Shown piece after piece: positions 39,829-52,234 of a DNA stretch of 64,000 nucleotides. The DNA comes from an uncultured cyanobacterium (GTDB taxonomy: Bacteria > Cyanobacteriota > Cyanobacteriia > Cyanobacteriales > CAWUOF01), in the NCBI GenBank assembly GCA_963744145.1, contig CAVUSO010000001.1, positions 1,280,001 to 1,344,000 on the forward strand. Direction: 5' to 3'. The translations under genes and the position numbers were made by a program. Numbering within the stretch: position 1 is the first letter of the stretch; every line of letters begins with the position of its first letter. The notes under the pieces are model-generated. The model searched no databases. It was not told where the DNA came from and saw only the letters and a list, made by a program, of their open reading frames with translations.

Positions 39829-42800
39829 CTAAATAGATAAACTGATTTGAGAACCATTGGGAGTTTTCAAAATTTCAATTCGAGACTGAAAGGCTTCTTT
39901 AAAATAAGGCATATGTGTTACAGCTAGAATGCAGGAAAAATCAGTTGCGATCGCGTTAATCGCAGCAATTAAGCGATCGCAACCTTCTTGATCTTGGGTG
40001 CCAAATCCTTCATCTACAATTAACATTTGCAAAGCTGTACCTGCTTTTTGAGCGAGCATTTTCGCTAAAGCTAAACGAATTGAGAAGTTAATCCGAAATG
40101 CTTCTCCTCCGGAATAGGTTTCATAGGGTCTCGTCCCATTTGCATCAGCAATGACAATATCTAAGGTATCAATTAATTTACTAGCACCTTTAGCTGTAGA
40201 ACGCCCTTTTTTTCCAGCTTTTTGTGTCACAAACTGTACATGTAATTGGTTCGCACTTAACCGAGCTAAAAATTGATTTGTTTCTGCTTCTAATTGGGGC
40301 AAAACATTTTCAATCATTAGTGCTTGAATCCCATTCTTACCAAAAGCTTGTGCTAATTCTTGATAAATTCGATATTGCTTCCGGGTCGTTTGAAGATGAG
40401 TTTTTTGTTCATCCAGTTGAGCCTGAAGAATGGTAAAATGTTGCTGTTGTTGTTGTAACCTTCCACTGGTCGCTATTTGCTCATCGAGTTGACGACGACG
40501 ATCTTGCATTTTTTCTTCTAAAGCTTTAATCTCTATCTCAAATTTTGGCATTGATTCTAGTTGTTGGTTCAGCAATTGGATTTGCTCCATTATGGTTTTT
40601 AAATCCTGCGATCGCTTGTCTTTTTGCTGCATTAATTCACTAATTCGATTGACTATTTGGGGAAATTGCTCCTTCCCTCGACCTAATTCTTGATAACGGA
40701 ATTGCCATTTTTGCTCATTTTGCCGTTGTTTAATTAAGTTATTATGATGTTCTCGCTCATACCCAATTTCACTTAAACGTTTCTCTAGTGCATCAAGATT
40801 CCAACGTAAGGATGAACGAGTTTGTAATTCTTCGATTTTATTTTGTAGAATGGTAATTTGGGTTTCTAGCTCAGGACGACGTAGGTTAATTTGTCCCTGT
40901 TTCTTGTTAGCATCTTTGATCTTTTCCTGCTTAATTTCAGCCCAACGCCAACGCTCTACTTGACCCCGGGCTAGAGCATGATCTTTTTCATTATAATTAA
41001 GTTGAGCTAATTTCTGTTCGATTTGGTGTAATTCTTGCTGTAATTCGCTCCCATAATCTCCCGCTTTGAGCGATCGCTCTAAATGATCTACTTCTTGGGT
41101 GATTTCTTGGATGCGATATTGCAGATCAGCGGTGAGATTTAATTGCGCTTGGAGTTGTCCCCGTTTTTCTACGGCATTTTCATATTGTGATAGTTCTTGA
41201 TCTAATTGTCGGTATTCTTCCCGTAATACTTGAATTTCTCGTTCTGATACGGTGAGCTGTTCTCTTACTACCCAAAGATGATTGAGCAGTTCTTGTTGTT
41301 TGCTTTGTTGTTTTTGCACAACTAAGTTCCAATGATGTTCGTCTAAAGGTCGATCGCATAATGGACAAACTGCATCGGGATTTTGCAGTAGTTGCACTTT
41401 TTGCTCTAGTTCAGCTAAGTGTGCTTCATAATTACGTTGATGTGCTTGGAGACGTTCCATGAAACTACGTCTTTCTAATCCTTTTTCACGTACCCGTTGT
41501 TGATAAATTCGTTTTTTTTCTAAATTAGTAATTTGTCCGCTAACTTCCATCACTGCTTGTTGAAGTTGGGGTTGACGTTGTTGTTGGACTTGTAATTGAC
41601 GCGCTGAGGAATATAATTCTTGTAATCTGGCGCTAATTTTTGCCTGAGCTCGATCTATTTCACTGTGCAGTTTTTGTTGACGTTGTACAAGTGGTGAAAC
41701 TTCCATTTGTAACCGATCTAAATAAATCACCCGATCGCGAGCTATTTGTAGTTGTTCTACTCCAGCTTCAATTTCATTCTGTTTCGCGAGAATGTCTTTA
41801 ATTTCTTGTTCTTGTTGTAAGAGTAATTCTAATTTCGTTTTAGTTTGATTTAGCTCGGTTTGGAGGTTATTAGTTTCTTGAGTTAGCTGTTGTTGCAACA
41901 TTTGCCGACGTTCTTGGGTGTCTTGATAGGCTTGAAATTTTGCTGCTTGCACTTCTTCTTGGGCTTGAAGTTGTTGCCAATTAGCATAACCAGAGACTAT
42001 TATACTTTCTTGTTCTAATAATGATTCTAGTTCTTTTTGTTGCTGTTGGGTATGATTTAATTCTTGTTCTAGACGACGATATTCGACTCCAATATTTTGA
42101 TATTCTTGTTTTTGCCAATTTAATCGCTGTTCCCAGGTTTGTCTTCCATGTTGTTGGGTTTGTAATTGTAATAGTTGTTGTTGATCTGCGGTTTGATCTG
42201 CTTGAAGTTGAACTACATTCGCTTCAACTGCTCCTAACTTTTGGGCAATTTCTTCTCGCTGCTGTAATTGATTTTCAATCGATTCTAGATTCTGCTCTAA
42301 CCATTCTAATTGCCCTTTTAATTGCCGAGATTTATCCTTAGCTTGTTCTGCTAATTTGTCATATTGAGAGAGTTTGAGTAAATCTGCTAAAATTTGTTTG
42401 CGATCGCTAGGTCGCTTGAGCATAAATTCATCCGCACGACCTTGACGGAGATAAGCGGAATTAATAAAAGTTTCGTAATCGAGTTTGAGGTGTTGGATGA
42501 TAATTTGCTGGGTGGAACGTAATCCTTTTTCGGTTAGAGGTCGAAAATTGGGACGATCCCCTTGAAAGTCTGTAGCGATTTGAAATTCTAAGGAAGATGA
42601 TTGTCCTCTCTGTCTGGTCCGAATTACACGATATATTGATGAATGACTTTGCAAGATGAAATCTACTCGGACTTCTTTAGCACCAATATGAATAATATCA
42701 TCTTCTGCTGCTACCCGACTCATTCCCCAAATTGCCCAAGCGATCGCTTCGAGCAGGGAAGATTTACCTGCACCATTGGGCCCGCAGATGCAAGCGATAT

Positions 42801-42873
42801 GTAATCCGCGAAAGTCTAGGGTAGTTTCACGATAGCTCAGAAAATTTTTCAGGGTAATTTGGAGGGGAATCAT
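39829..42873 (-). CDS. sbcC: SbcC (SMC-like exonuclease subunit)
   Basis: GPNGAGKSS, CPLC Zn hook, YSGGE, LIVDEGFG. Confidence 0.93.
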   Translation of the reverse strand: MIPLQITLKNFLSYRETTLDFRGLHIACICGPNGAGKSSLLEAIAWAIWGMSRVAAEDDIIHIGAKEVRVDFILQSHSSIYRVIRTRQRGQSSSLEFQIATDFQGDRPNFRPLTEKGLRSTQQIIIQHLKLDYETFINSAYLRQGRADEFMLKRPSDRKQILADLLKLSQYDKLAEQAKDKSRQLKGQLEWLEQNLESIENQLQQREEIAQKLGAVEANVVQLQADQTADQQQLLQLQTQQHGRQTWEQRLNWQKQEYQNIGVEYRRLEQELNHTQQQQKELESLLEQESIIVSGYANWQQLQAQEEVQAAKFQAYQDTQERRQMLQQQLTQETNNLQTELNQTKTKLELLLQQEQEIKDILAKQNEIEAGVEQLQIARDRVIYLDRLQMEVSPLVQRQQKLHSEIDRAQAKISARLQELYSSARQLQVQQQRQPQLQQAVMEVSGQITNLEKKRIYQQRVREKGLERRSFMERLQAHQRNYEAHLAELEQKVQLLQNPDAVCPLCDRPLDEHHWNLVVQKQQSKQQELLNHLWVVREQLTVSEREIQVLREEYRQLDQELSQYENAVEKRGQLQAQLNLTADLQYRIQEITQEVDHLERSLKAGDYGSELQQELHQIEQKLAQLNYNEKDHALARGQVERWRWAEIKQEKIKDANKKQGQINLRRPELETQITILQNKIEELQTRSSLRWNLDALEKRLSEIGYEREHHNNLIKQRQNEQKWQFRYQELGRGKEQFPQIVNRISELMQQKDKRSQDLKTIMEQIQLLNQQLESMPKFEIEIKALEEKMQDRRRQLDEQIATSGRLQQQQQHFTILQAQLDEQKTHLQTTRKQYRIYQELAQAFGKNGIQALMIENVLPQLEAETNQFLARLSANQLHVQFVTQKAGKKGRSTAKGASKLIDTLDIVIADANGTRPYETYSGGEAFRINFSIRLALAKMLAQKAGTALQMLIVDEGFGTQDQEGCDRLIAAINAIATDFSCILAVTHMPYFKEAFQSRIEILKTPNGSQISLSI

Positions 42874-42945
42874 TATGATGATTAATGTACGGATACGAAT
42901 GAGGCTTCAAAATATCAATGTACTCTATGCGAGGAATATTTGTAA

Positions 42946-43800
42946 ATGAAAGATTCTGAATATAGTCTAGAAAAAGATTTATTGAAGCAAGCGATTCTCC
43001 ATCGCAGTGTGTCGGAAGTAGAACAGATTACTAATAAGTTGGGAGATCATCTTTCTGCTCAAGAAATTGGTTCGCTGTTGTTTGAGCTGATTAAAACTCT
43101 TCCTGCGGTCGATATGGCTTGGTGTTACGCAAATCTACTTCCACCAGAAGCTTGGGAGGAAATGCAGCAAGAAGCGTTAGGTACTCTATGCGAGATTTTA
43201 CTGGAAAAAGGGATGCGTCCTGGTAGGGATTTTAGCACTAGGGTGGATGGGATTAATCTCAGTCTAGCCGCTAAAGCCAGTTTGCTCGAAGATATCCCGG
43301 AAGATTCCTTATCGATGTTTGAGGATTTGATTGCGACAGGAGCAATCATAGTTCAGGATAAGTCTTCGATTCAGCTCCTTGAAGAACGTTTAGGTATGCC
43401 TTTTATCGATAATTTACTCCAACGAATTGAACAGCGTTTACCTAGTTTATCCGATCAGGAGGCGGCTACCTACTTTTGTAGCATTTTTCAAGGAGTAGAA
43501 GCAAGGACGGGTATCCCGATGTTAGATCTACTCGCGGGCCATTTTCACGCTGATTTGCGCTTTGCTAAAATTTTTGAGGTGATTCAATCTGGGGAATTAG
43601 TCGAAAATAACGATTGGGTTTTTGATCTAGTTGCAGCACTCGGAGGTGAATCGGAATTTTTACCCGATCCTCTCGATCCCGAACAAAAAATTCTCACCGA
43701 TCGCGGTAATGAACTCTTAGCTTTGGTTTATCAAGAAGAAATTCCCTTTTTTCCTTTCGTTGATGATGATGGGGAAGAAGGTATTATTGCAGAATCTTAA
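42946..43800 (+). CDS. Acidic hypothetical protein
   Basis: 284 aa ORF with no recognised motif. Confidence 0.7.
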   Translation: MKDSEYSLEKDLLKQAILHRSVSEVEQITNKLGDHLSAQEIGSLLFELIKTLPAVDMAWCYANLLPPEAWEEMQQEALGTLCEILLEKGMRPGRDFSTRVDGINLSLAAKASLLEDIPEDSLSMFEDLIATGAIIVQDKSSIQLLEERLGMPFIDNLLQRIEQRLPSLSDQEAATYFCSIFQGVEARTGIPMLDLLAGHFHADLRFAKIFEVIQSGELVENNDWVFDLVAALGGESEFLPDPLDPEQKILTDRGNELLALVYQEEIPFFPFVDDDGEEGIIAES

Positions 43801-43995
43801 ATTCGATCATTAGGGTAGCGATCGCTATTTCTAGTCTGATGATTTTGGAGGCGATCGCTTGATCTCTAAATTTTGATAATTTGACATTTGGCGACATCTA
43901 TGTTATCTTTAGCATAATCAGGAAGAATTATCAAATAAATTTTACCATTAGCGCTAATTCCTAAATAATATCGAAGTGTCCGGGTTAGACATATT

Positions 43996-46173
43996 ATGAA
44001 TCTCATCAAACAATATTACACCCGGATGATCAAGAGGTTACCACTGCGTTTATTGCTGATTGTTCCCTTTGTCCTGGAAATTGTAGGAGTTGTGGGACTG
44101 ACGGGTTATCTCAGTATCCGTAATGGTCAGAATGCTGTGACTAAACTTGCGATCGAACTCCGTCAAGAAATTAGCGATCGCACTAAGGAGAAAATTCTGT
44201 TTTTTTTAGATAAACCTTACAGCACTATTCAAATGCTGAATAGGATGATTGGAACAGAAACAATTAACCTAAATAATCTGGAAAATTTACAGAATATTTT
44301 CTGGCATTTACTGAATAATGATTCTTTAGAAAATCTGATATTTGCCACTCCTAAAGGTACGGGTGTAACGTTTTCCATTACAGCAGATCACCAGATTCTT
44401 GCTAGCATAATTGATGATTCTAAATTATATATTCGTCGAATCTATCGTCTTGATGATCAAGGTCATCCAGCAGAATTAATTGAAACTCAGAAATATGACG
44501 CTAGGACTCGTGATTGGTATCAAAATGCGATTAAAGCTGGTCAACTGATCTGGAATGATTTTTTTATCGCTGCTTCGACTAAGGTAGTGTCAATTTCCCT
44601 TTCTCAACCTATCTACAATCAAAACAAACAATTATTAGGAGTTGCCAATATATCCTTTCACATCCAACAGATTTATCAATTTTTACAAAGTGTGAAAGTC
44701 AGTCAAACTGGACAAATTTTTATTATTGATCGTCAGGGGAATTTAATCGCAAGTTCAGTTATTGCTGAACCTTATCTGATTAAAGGTAAAGAAATCAAGC
44801 AAATTCCCGGCACCAAAATTGATAACCTCATGATTCGCTCCACCACCCAAATGATCTGGCAACATTTTCCGGATCTGACTAAAATTAATCGGAGTGAGCA
44901 ATTAGATTTTCAGCTCAATGGGGAACGGGTATTTGTGCAAATTTCACCCCTCCAGGATGGGAGAGGAATTGATTGGTTAAATGTGGTGGTTGTTCCTGAA
45001 TCTGATTTCATGTCCGAAATTACTGCGAATACACACACTACTATTCTGATCTGTTTAATTGCCTTAATTATAGCAATTATTATGGGAATCTATACCGCCC
45101 AATGGTTGACTAAACCAATTCTGAAATTACATCAAGCTGCTCTCGCGATCGCCACTGGTCAGTTAGACCAAACCGTAGAAACACCCCAGATTCAGGAACT
45201 GGAAACTTTAGCATCTGCTTTTAATTATATGGCTAAACAGCTCCGAGAATCCTTTACGGAATTAGCCCAAATTAATGAACAATTAGAAGTAAAAGTAGCG
45301 ACCAGAACTAGCGAACTTCAGGATACTCTCACCCACCTAAAATCTACCCAAGCTCAACTGATTCAATCGGAAAAAATCTCCAGTTTAGGTAAATTAGTCG
45401 CGGGAATTGCCCATGAAATTAATAATCCTACCAGTTTTATTCATGGTAATCTTATTCATCTGAGTGAATATATTGACAATCTCCTCGAGTTAATTGCACT
45501 CTATCAAACTGAAATTCCCGATAAGTCAGCCGCAATTACTAATAAAACTGCTGACATAGATTTAGAATTTATCCAAGCAGATGTGGTGAAATTACTCACT
45601 TCGATGAAAAGTGGTACGGAAAGAATTAAAGCAATTGTCCTCTCTCTCCGCAATTTTTCCCGACTGGATGAGTCCCAAATTAAAACTGTCAATATTCATG
45701 ATGGGATTGACAGTACCCTCCTAATCTTACAATATCGTCTCCACTCTCAATCCCACGATCCGGACATTGAAGTTATTCGTCATTATGGTAATCTACCCCT
45801 GATCGAATGCTATCCTGGACAGCTTAATCAAGTCTTGATGAATATTTTAAGTAATGCGATCGATGCTCTAGAAGAATCTTACCTCAACTCTACTCAACTT
45901 CATCCTCAAATTCAAATTCGCACTACTCTGATTACTCCTGAGTCGATCGCAATTGCGATCGCAGATAATGGACCTGGAATTCCTGAATCTGTTCAATCCC
46001 ACATCTTTGACCCATTTTTTACGACCAAACCTGTGGGTAAAGGGACAGGAATGGGATTATCTATTAGTTATCAGATTATTGTGGAACAACATCACGGTCA
46101 ACTTAAATGTCATTCTACCTTCGGACAAGGTACGGAATTTATCATTCAAATCCCCATTCATCAACCTAACTGA
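43996..46173 (+). CDS. Cache-HAMP sensor histidine kinase (copy 1)
   Basis: TM, periplasmic YDARTRDWY, TM, HAMP, AHEINNP, N box, DNGPGI, FFTTK, GTGMGL. Confidence 0.92.
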   Translation: MNLIKQYYTRMIKRLPLRLLLIVPFVLEIVGVVGLTGYLSIRNGQNAVTKLAIELRQEISDRTKEKILFFLDKPYSTIQMLNRMIGTETINLNNLENLQNIFWHLLNNDSLENLIFATPKGTGVTFSITADHQILASIIDDSKLYIRRIYRLDDQGHPAELIETQKYDARTRDWYQNAIKAGQLIWNDFFIAASTKVVSISLSQPIYNQNKQLLGVANISFHIQQIYQFLQSVKVSQTGQIFIIDRQGNLIASSVIAEPYLIKGKEIKQIPGTKIDNLMIRSTTQMIWQHFPDLTKINRSEQLDFQLNGERVFVQISPLQDGRGIDWLNVVVVPESDFMSEITANTHTTILICLIALIIAIIMGIYTAQWLTKPILKLHQAALAIATGQLDQTVETPQIQELETLASAFNYMAKQLRESFTELAQINEQLEVKVATRTSELQDTLTHLKSTQAQLIQSEKISSLGKLVAGIAHEINNPTSFIHGNLIHLSEYIDNLLELIALYQTEIPDKSAAITNKTADIDLEFIQADVVKLLTSMKSGTERIKAIVLSLRNFSRLDESQIKTVNIHDGIDSTLLILQYRLHSQSHDPDIEVIRHYGNLPLIECYPGQLNQVLMNILSNAIDALEESYLNSTQLHPQIQIRTTLITPESIAIAIADNGPGIPESVQSHIFDPFFTTKPVGKGTGMGLSISYQIIVEQHHGQLKCHSTFGQGTEFIIQIPIHQPN

Positions 46174-46500
46174 AACTCTGCTCACTAATTTATCTGTAAT
46201 CTTATCTCATCCTCCCATTAATGGCGATCGCATCTTCAAATTACTCCTCCTAAAGTGGAATTTTATTCTTGGCAAATATTGTCAATTTTTGGTGGAATTA
46301 CGCTTGACATTATTTTGCAAGCTATGTTATAGTCAATTTGATAAGGAAGAAATATTTAAACTCAATATCCAGATCAATCTAGCCAAGTCCCGATATTTTT
46401 TGTGCCTATTATCAATTATTTCCTGATATTTTAGATTCAAATTTAACAGGTTCTCAGCTAGAACCTAACTAAGATAGTATATATCTAGTGAAGAAATATT

Positions 46501-48678
46501 ATGAATCCGCTCAAAGAATATTATTTTCAGATCAGCAAACAATTACCCATCCGTTTACTACTAATTATTCCTTTTGTATTAGAAATTGTGGGGACTGTGG
46601 GACTGACGGGTTATCTCAACATCCGTAATGGTCAGAATGCTGTGACTAAACTTGCGATCGAACTCCGTCAAGAAATTAGCGATCGCACTAACGAGAAAAT
46701 TCTGTTTTTTTTAGATAAACCTTACACCATTATTCAAATGGTGAATAGGATGATTGGAACACAACAAATTGACCCAAATAATCTCGAAAATTTGCGAAAT
46801 ATTTTCTGGCATTTATTGAGTGATAATTCTTTAGAAAATTTGATATTTATCAATCATCAAGGTACGGGTGTAACGTTTTCTACTACAGCAGATCACCAGG
46901 TTTTTGCTAGTATAATTGATGGTAATAAGTCACATATTCGTCAAATTTATCGTCTTGATGATCAAGGTCATCCAGCAGAATTAATTGAAACTCAGAAATA
47001 TGACCCTCTGACTCGTGATTGGTATCAAAACGCCATTAAATCTGGTCAACCGATCTGGAGTGATTTTTTTATCGCTAGTGCAATTAAGGAAGTTAAAATT
47101 GCGCTTTCTCAAGCTGTCTACAATCAAAACAAACAATTATTAGGAGTTGCTAGTACATCCTTTTACCTCGAACAGATTTATCAATTTTTACAAAGTGTGA
47201 AAGTCAGTCAAACTGGACAAATTTTTATTATTGATCGCCAGGGGAATTTAATCGCAAGTTCAGTTATTGCTGAACCTTATCTGATTAAAGGTAAAGAAAT
47301 CAAGCAAATTCCCGGCACCAAAATTGATAACCTCATGATTCGCTCCACCACCCAAATGATCTGGCAACATTTTCCGGATCTGACTAAAATTAATCGGAGT
47401 GAGCAATTAGATTTTCAGCTCAATGGGGAACGGGTATTTGTGCAAATTTCACCCCTCCAGGATGGGAGAGGAATTGATTGGTTAAATGTGGTGGTTGTCC
47501 CTGAATCTGATTTCATGTCCGAAATTACTGCGAATACACACACTACTATTCTGATCTGTTTAATTGCCTTAATTATAGCAATTATTATGGGAATCTATAC
47601 CTCCCAATGGTTGACTAAACCAATTTTGAAATTACATCAAGCTGCTCTCGCGATCGCCACTGGTCAGTTAGACCAAACCTTAGAAACACCCCAGATTCAG
47701 GAACTGGAAACTTTAGCATCTGCTTTTAATTATATGGCTAAACAGCTCCGAGAATTCTTTACGGAATTAGCCCAAATTAATGAACAATTAGAAGTAAAAG
47801 TAGCGACCAGAACTAGCGAACTTCAGGATACTCTCACCCACCTAAAATCTACCCAAGCTCAACTGATTCAATCGGAAAAAATCTCCAGTTTAGGTAAATT
47901 AGTCGCGGGGATTGCTCATGAAATTAATAATCCTACCAGTTTTATTCATGGTAATCTTGTCCATCTGAGTGAATACATTGATAATCTGTTAGAGTTAATC
48001 TCACTCTATCAAACTGAAATTCCCCATGAGTCAGCTACAATTACTAATAAAGTTGCTGACATAGATTTAGAATTTATCCAAGCAGATGTGGTGAAAATCC
48101 TCGCTTCGATGAAAAGTGGTACGGAAAGAATTAAAGCAATTGTCCTCTCTCTCCGCAATTTTTCCCGACTGGATGAGTCCCAAATTAAAACTGTCAATAT
48201 TCATGATGGGATTGACAGTACCCTCCTGATCTTACAATATCGTCTCCACTCTCAATCCCACGATCCGGACATTGAAGTTATTCGTCATTATGGTAATTTA
48301 CCCCTGATCGAATGCTATCCTGAACAACTTAATCAAGTCTTGATGAATATTTTAAGTAATGCGATCGATGTTCTAGAAGAATCTTATCTCAAATCCACTC
48401 AACTTCACCCTCAAATTTACATTCGCACTACTCTGATTACTCCTGAGTCGATCGCAATTGCGATCGCAGATAATGGACCTGGAATTCCTGAATCTGTTCA
48501 ATCCCACATCTTTGACCCATTTTTTACGACCAAACCTGTGGGTAAAGGGACAGGAATGGGATTATCTATTAGTTATCAGATTATTGTGGAACAACATCAC
48601 GGTCAACTTAAATGTCATTCTACCTTCGGACAAGGTACGGAATTTATCATTCAAATCCCCATTCATCAATCTAACTGA
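46501..48678 (+). CDS. Cache-HAMP sensor histidine kinase (copy 2)
   Basis: Paralog starting 2505 nt after copy 1. Confidence 0.92.
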   Translation: MNPLKEYYFQISKQLPIRLLLIIPFVLEIVGTVGLTGYLNIRNGQNAVTKLAIELRQEISDRTNEKILFFLDKPYTIIQMVNRMIGTQQIDPNNLENLRNIFWHLLSDNSLENLIFINHQGTGVTFSTTADHQVFASIIDGNKSHIRQIYRLDDQGHPAELIETQKYDPLTRDWYQNAIKSGQPIWSDFFIASAIKEVKIALSQAVYNQNKQLLGVASTSFYLEQIYQFLQSVKVSQTGQIFIIDRQGNLIASSVIAEPYLIKGKEIKQIPGTKIDNLMIRSTTQMIWQHFPDLTKINRSEQLDFQLNGERVFVQISPLQDGRGIDWLNVVVVPESDFMSEITANTHTTILICLIALIIAIIMGIYTSQWLTKPILKLHQAALAIATGQLDQTLETPQIQELETLASAFNYMAKQLREFFTELAQINEQLEVKVATRTSELQDTLTHLKSTQAQLIQSEKISSLGKLVAGIAHEINNPTSFIHGNLVHLSEYIDNLLELISLYQTEIPHESATITNKVADIDLEFIQADVVKILASMKSGTERIKAIVLSLRNFSRLDESQIKTVNIHDGIDSTLLILQYRLHSQSHDPDIEVIRHYGNLPLIECYPEQLNQVLMNILSNAIDVLEESYLKSTQLHPQIYIRTTLITPESIAIAIADNGPGIPESVQSHIFDPFFTTKPVGKGTGMGLSISYQIIVEQHHGQLKCHSTFGQGTEFIIQIPIHQSN

Positions 48679-51086
48679 AACTCTGCTCACTAATTTATCT
48701 GTAATCTGATCTCATCCTCCCATTAATGGCGATCGCATCTTCAAATTACTCCTCCTAAAGTGGAATTTTATTCTTGGCAAATATTATCAATTTTTGGTGG
48801 AATTACGCTTGACATTATTTTGCAAGCTATGTTATATTTAACTTGATAAGGAAGAAATATTTAAACTCAATATCCAGATCAATCTAGCCAAGTCCCGATA
48901 TTTTTTGTGCCTATTATCAATTATTTCCTGATATTTTAGATTCAAATTTAACAGGATCTCAGCTAGAACCTAACTAAGATAGTATATATCTAGTGAAGAA
49001 ATATTATGAATCCGCTCAAAGAATATTATTTTCAGATCAGCAAACAATTACCCATCCGTTTACTACTAATTATTCCTTTTGTATTGGAAATTGTCGGAAC
49101 CGTGGGACTAACTGGTTATCTCAGCATCCGTAATGGTCAGAATGCTGTAACTAAAATTGCGACCGAACTTCGTCAAGAAATTAGCGATCGCACTAACGAG
49201 AAAATTCTGTTTTTTTTAGATAAATCTTATAGCATTAGTCAAATGCTGACTACGATGATTGGAACAGAACAAATTGATCTAAATAATCTGAAAAACTTAC
49301 AGAATTTTTTTTGGCATTTACTGAATAATAATTCTTTAGAAAATGTGATATTTGCCACTCCTAAAGGTGCAGCTGTAACGTTTTCCATGATAGCAGATCA
49401 CCAGATTCTTGCTAGCATAATTGATGATACTAAGTCATATATTCGTCCAGTTTATCGTCTTGATGATCAAGGTCACCCAGCAGAATTAGTTGAAACTCGG
49501 AAATATGACGCTAGGACTCGTGCTTGGTATAAAAATGCGATTAAAACTGGTCAGATCAGCTGGAGTGATTTTTCTCTCACCTCTTCGAGTAAGGTAGTTG
49601 CAATTTCCCTTTCTCAACCTATCTACAATCGAAACAAACAATTATTAGGAGTTGTTAATACAGCCTTTCATATGGAACAGATTTATCAATTTTTACAAAA
49701 TGTGAAAGTTAGTCAAACTGGACAAATTTTTATTATTGATCGTCAGGGAAATTTAATCGCTAGTTCCGTAATTGCTCAACCTTATGTAATTAAAGATCAA
49801 GAAATTAAGCAAATTCCTGGCACCAAAATTGATAACCTCATGATTCGCTCCACCACCCAAATGATCTGGCAACATTTTCCGGATCTGACTAAAATTAATC
49901 GGAGTGAGCAATTAGATTTTCAGCTCAATGGGGAACGGGTATTTGTGCAAATTTCACCCCTCCGGGATGGGAGAGGAATTGATTGGTTAAATGTGGTGGT
50001 TGTCCCTGAATCTGATTTCATGTCCGAAATTATTGCAAATACACGAACTACTATTCTGATCTGTTTAATTGCCTTAATTATAGCAATTATTATGGGAATC
50101 TATACCTCCCAATGGTTGACTAAACCAATTCTGAAATTACATCAAGCTGCTCTCGCGATCGCCACTGGTCAGTTAGACCAAACCGTAGAAATATCCCAGA
50201 TTCAGGAACTGGAAACTTTAGCATCTGCTTTTAATTATATGGCTAAACAGCTCCGAGAATCCTTTACAGAATTAGCCCAAATTAATGAACAATTAGAAGT
50301 AAAAGTAGCGACCAGAACTAGCGAACTTCAGGATACTCTCACCCACCTAAAATCTACCCAAGCTCAACTGATTCAATCGGAAAAAATCTCCAGTTTAGGT
50401 AAATTAGTCGCGGGAATTGCCCATGAAATTAATAATCCTACCAGTTTTATTCATGGTAATCTTATCCATCTGAGTGAATATATTGACAATCTCCTCGAGT
50501 TAATTGCACTCTATCAAACTGAAATTCCCGATAAGTCAGCCGCAATTACTAATAAAATTGCTGACATAGATTTAGAATTTATCCAAGCAGATGTGGTGAA
50601 ATTACTCACTTCGATGAAAAGTGGTACGGAAAGAATTAAAGCAATTGTCCTCTCTCTCCGCAATTTTTCCCGACTGGATGAGTCCCAAATTAAAACTGTC
50701 AATATTCATGATGGGATTGACAGTACCCTCCTGATCTTACAATATCGTCTCCACTCTCAATCCCACGATCCGGACATTGAAGTTATTCGTCATTATGGTA
50801 ATCTACCCCTGATCGAATGCTATCCTGGACAGCTTAATCAAGTCTTGATGAATATTTTAAGTAATGCGATCGATGCTCTAGAAGAATCTTACCTCAACTC
50901 TACTCAACTTCATCCTCAAATTCAAATTCGCACTACTCTGATTACTCCTGAGTCGATCGCAATTGCGATCGCAGATAATGAACCCGGAATTCCTGAGTCA
51001 ATCCAACTGCAAATCTTTGATCCATTTTTTACGACCAAACCTGTGGGTAAAGGGACAGGAATGGGATTATCTATTAGTTATCAGAT

Positions 51087-52234
51087 AAGAATCTCCAAAA
51101 TTTAAACTTCGTGCTAAAATAAGAAAAAATATCGTCAAGTTGGTCAAAAGGTTAGAGCTAATGAGCCTGATATTAGAATACCTGGAAAAGCATCCCAAAG
51201 AGGCAAACGTCTAATTGGAATTACGGCTGAACAATTTCAGCAATTATGCGGTCATGCAGAAATTTTGGTCAAGCAAAAACAAGAGAAAATTGAAACTAAG
51301 AAAATTCGGATTAATCGTCAAGGAGCTGGTTGTAAATCCAAACTTTCAATCAAAGAACAAGTATTGTTAACCTTGGTATATTTGTCCCAATTTCCGACTT
51401 TTCAATACTTAGGTATTCAATTTGAAGTGAGCGAGTCTACCGCACATAACATTTTTCATGAGTGGGTGATTACTTTGGGAGAGTTACTACCAGCAACTCT
51501 GTTAGAACAATTGAAAAAAAAAGAGACAGATTACGAATTAGTGCAAGAAATATTGACTCAGTATGAATTAATCGTAGATAGCGCTGAACAGCCGATAGAA
51601 AGACCATCTGACTACGAAGAGCAGAAAAAATTCTTTTCAGGAAAAAAGAAAAGGCATACCAGAAAAACTCAATTTATTGTTTTGCCTAAAGCCAAAGATA
51701 TTGTCGATCTAAAAGTAGGTGACCCTGGTCCAAAAAGCGATATTAATCAATTTCGAGAACGGCAAAAAGAATTTAGGAGTGAGCAAAAATTCCGAGGAGA
51801 TAAAGCTTATATAGGAGCTGAACAAATATCTACTCCCCACAAAAAACCGAAAAATCGTCAATTAACTGAACAGCAAAATGAGGAAAATCAAAAATCTGCA
51901 CAGAAACGTATTTATGTGGAACATGTAATTAGATTAGTAAAAATCTTCCGCATCGCTCAAGAAAGATTTCGACTGAGGGCGAAAAATTATGAGCAAGTTA
52001 TTCGGCTGGTATGTGGGTTAGTAAGACTCCGAATTGAAGCCTTAGTTCTGTCGAGGTTATCTACTGAGTAAATAGTCTGAATATGAAGTGAATTCAATTT
52101 TCTATATTTTGGCAAGTTTTTAACAACAAATGCTTCAAATGCTTATAATCTCGTAATTCAACCTTGCATTAAAAAAGTAAGCAAAAACTACCAAATTATT
52201 ACCCACAAAGAACTTCCTAATTTTTGGAGATGTC
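51087..52234 (+). mobile_element. IS5-family insertion sequence (about 1.15 kb)
   Basis: Inverted ends ATCTCCAAAA / TTTTGGAGAT; removing the element restores the kinase sequence TCAGAT|TATTGTGG. Confidence 0.88.
51161..52071 (+). pseudogene. DDE transposase (HTH + DDE_Tnp_4-like), 1-nt frameshift near 51206
   Basis: MSLILEYLEKHPKEA, then RLIGITAEQF in the frame of ORF 51265..52071; IVDSAE, GDKAY, RIYVEHVIR. Confidence 0.8.

Noticed and set aside
45953..46426. 157-aa ORF and its copies at 48458 and 52237
   Set aside because: Shadow frame of the kinase 3' end; it recurs only because the DNA is duplicated.
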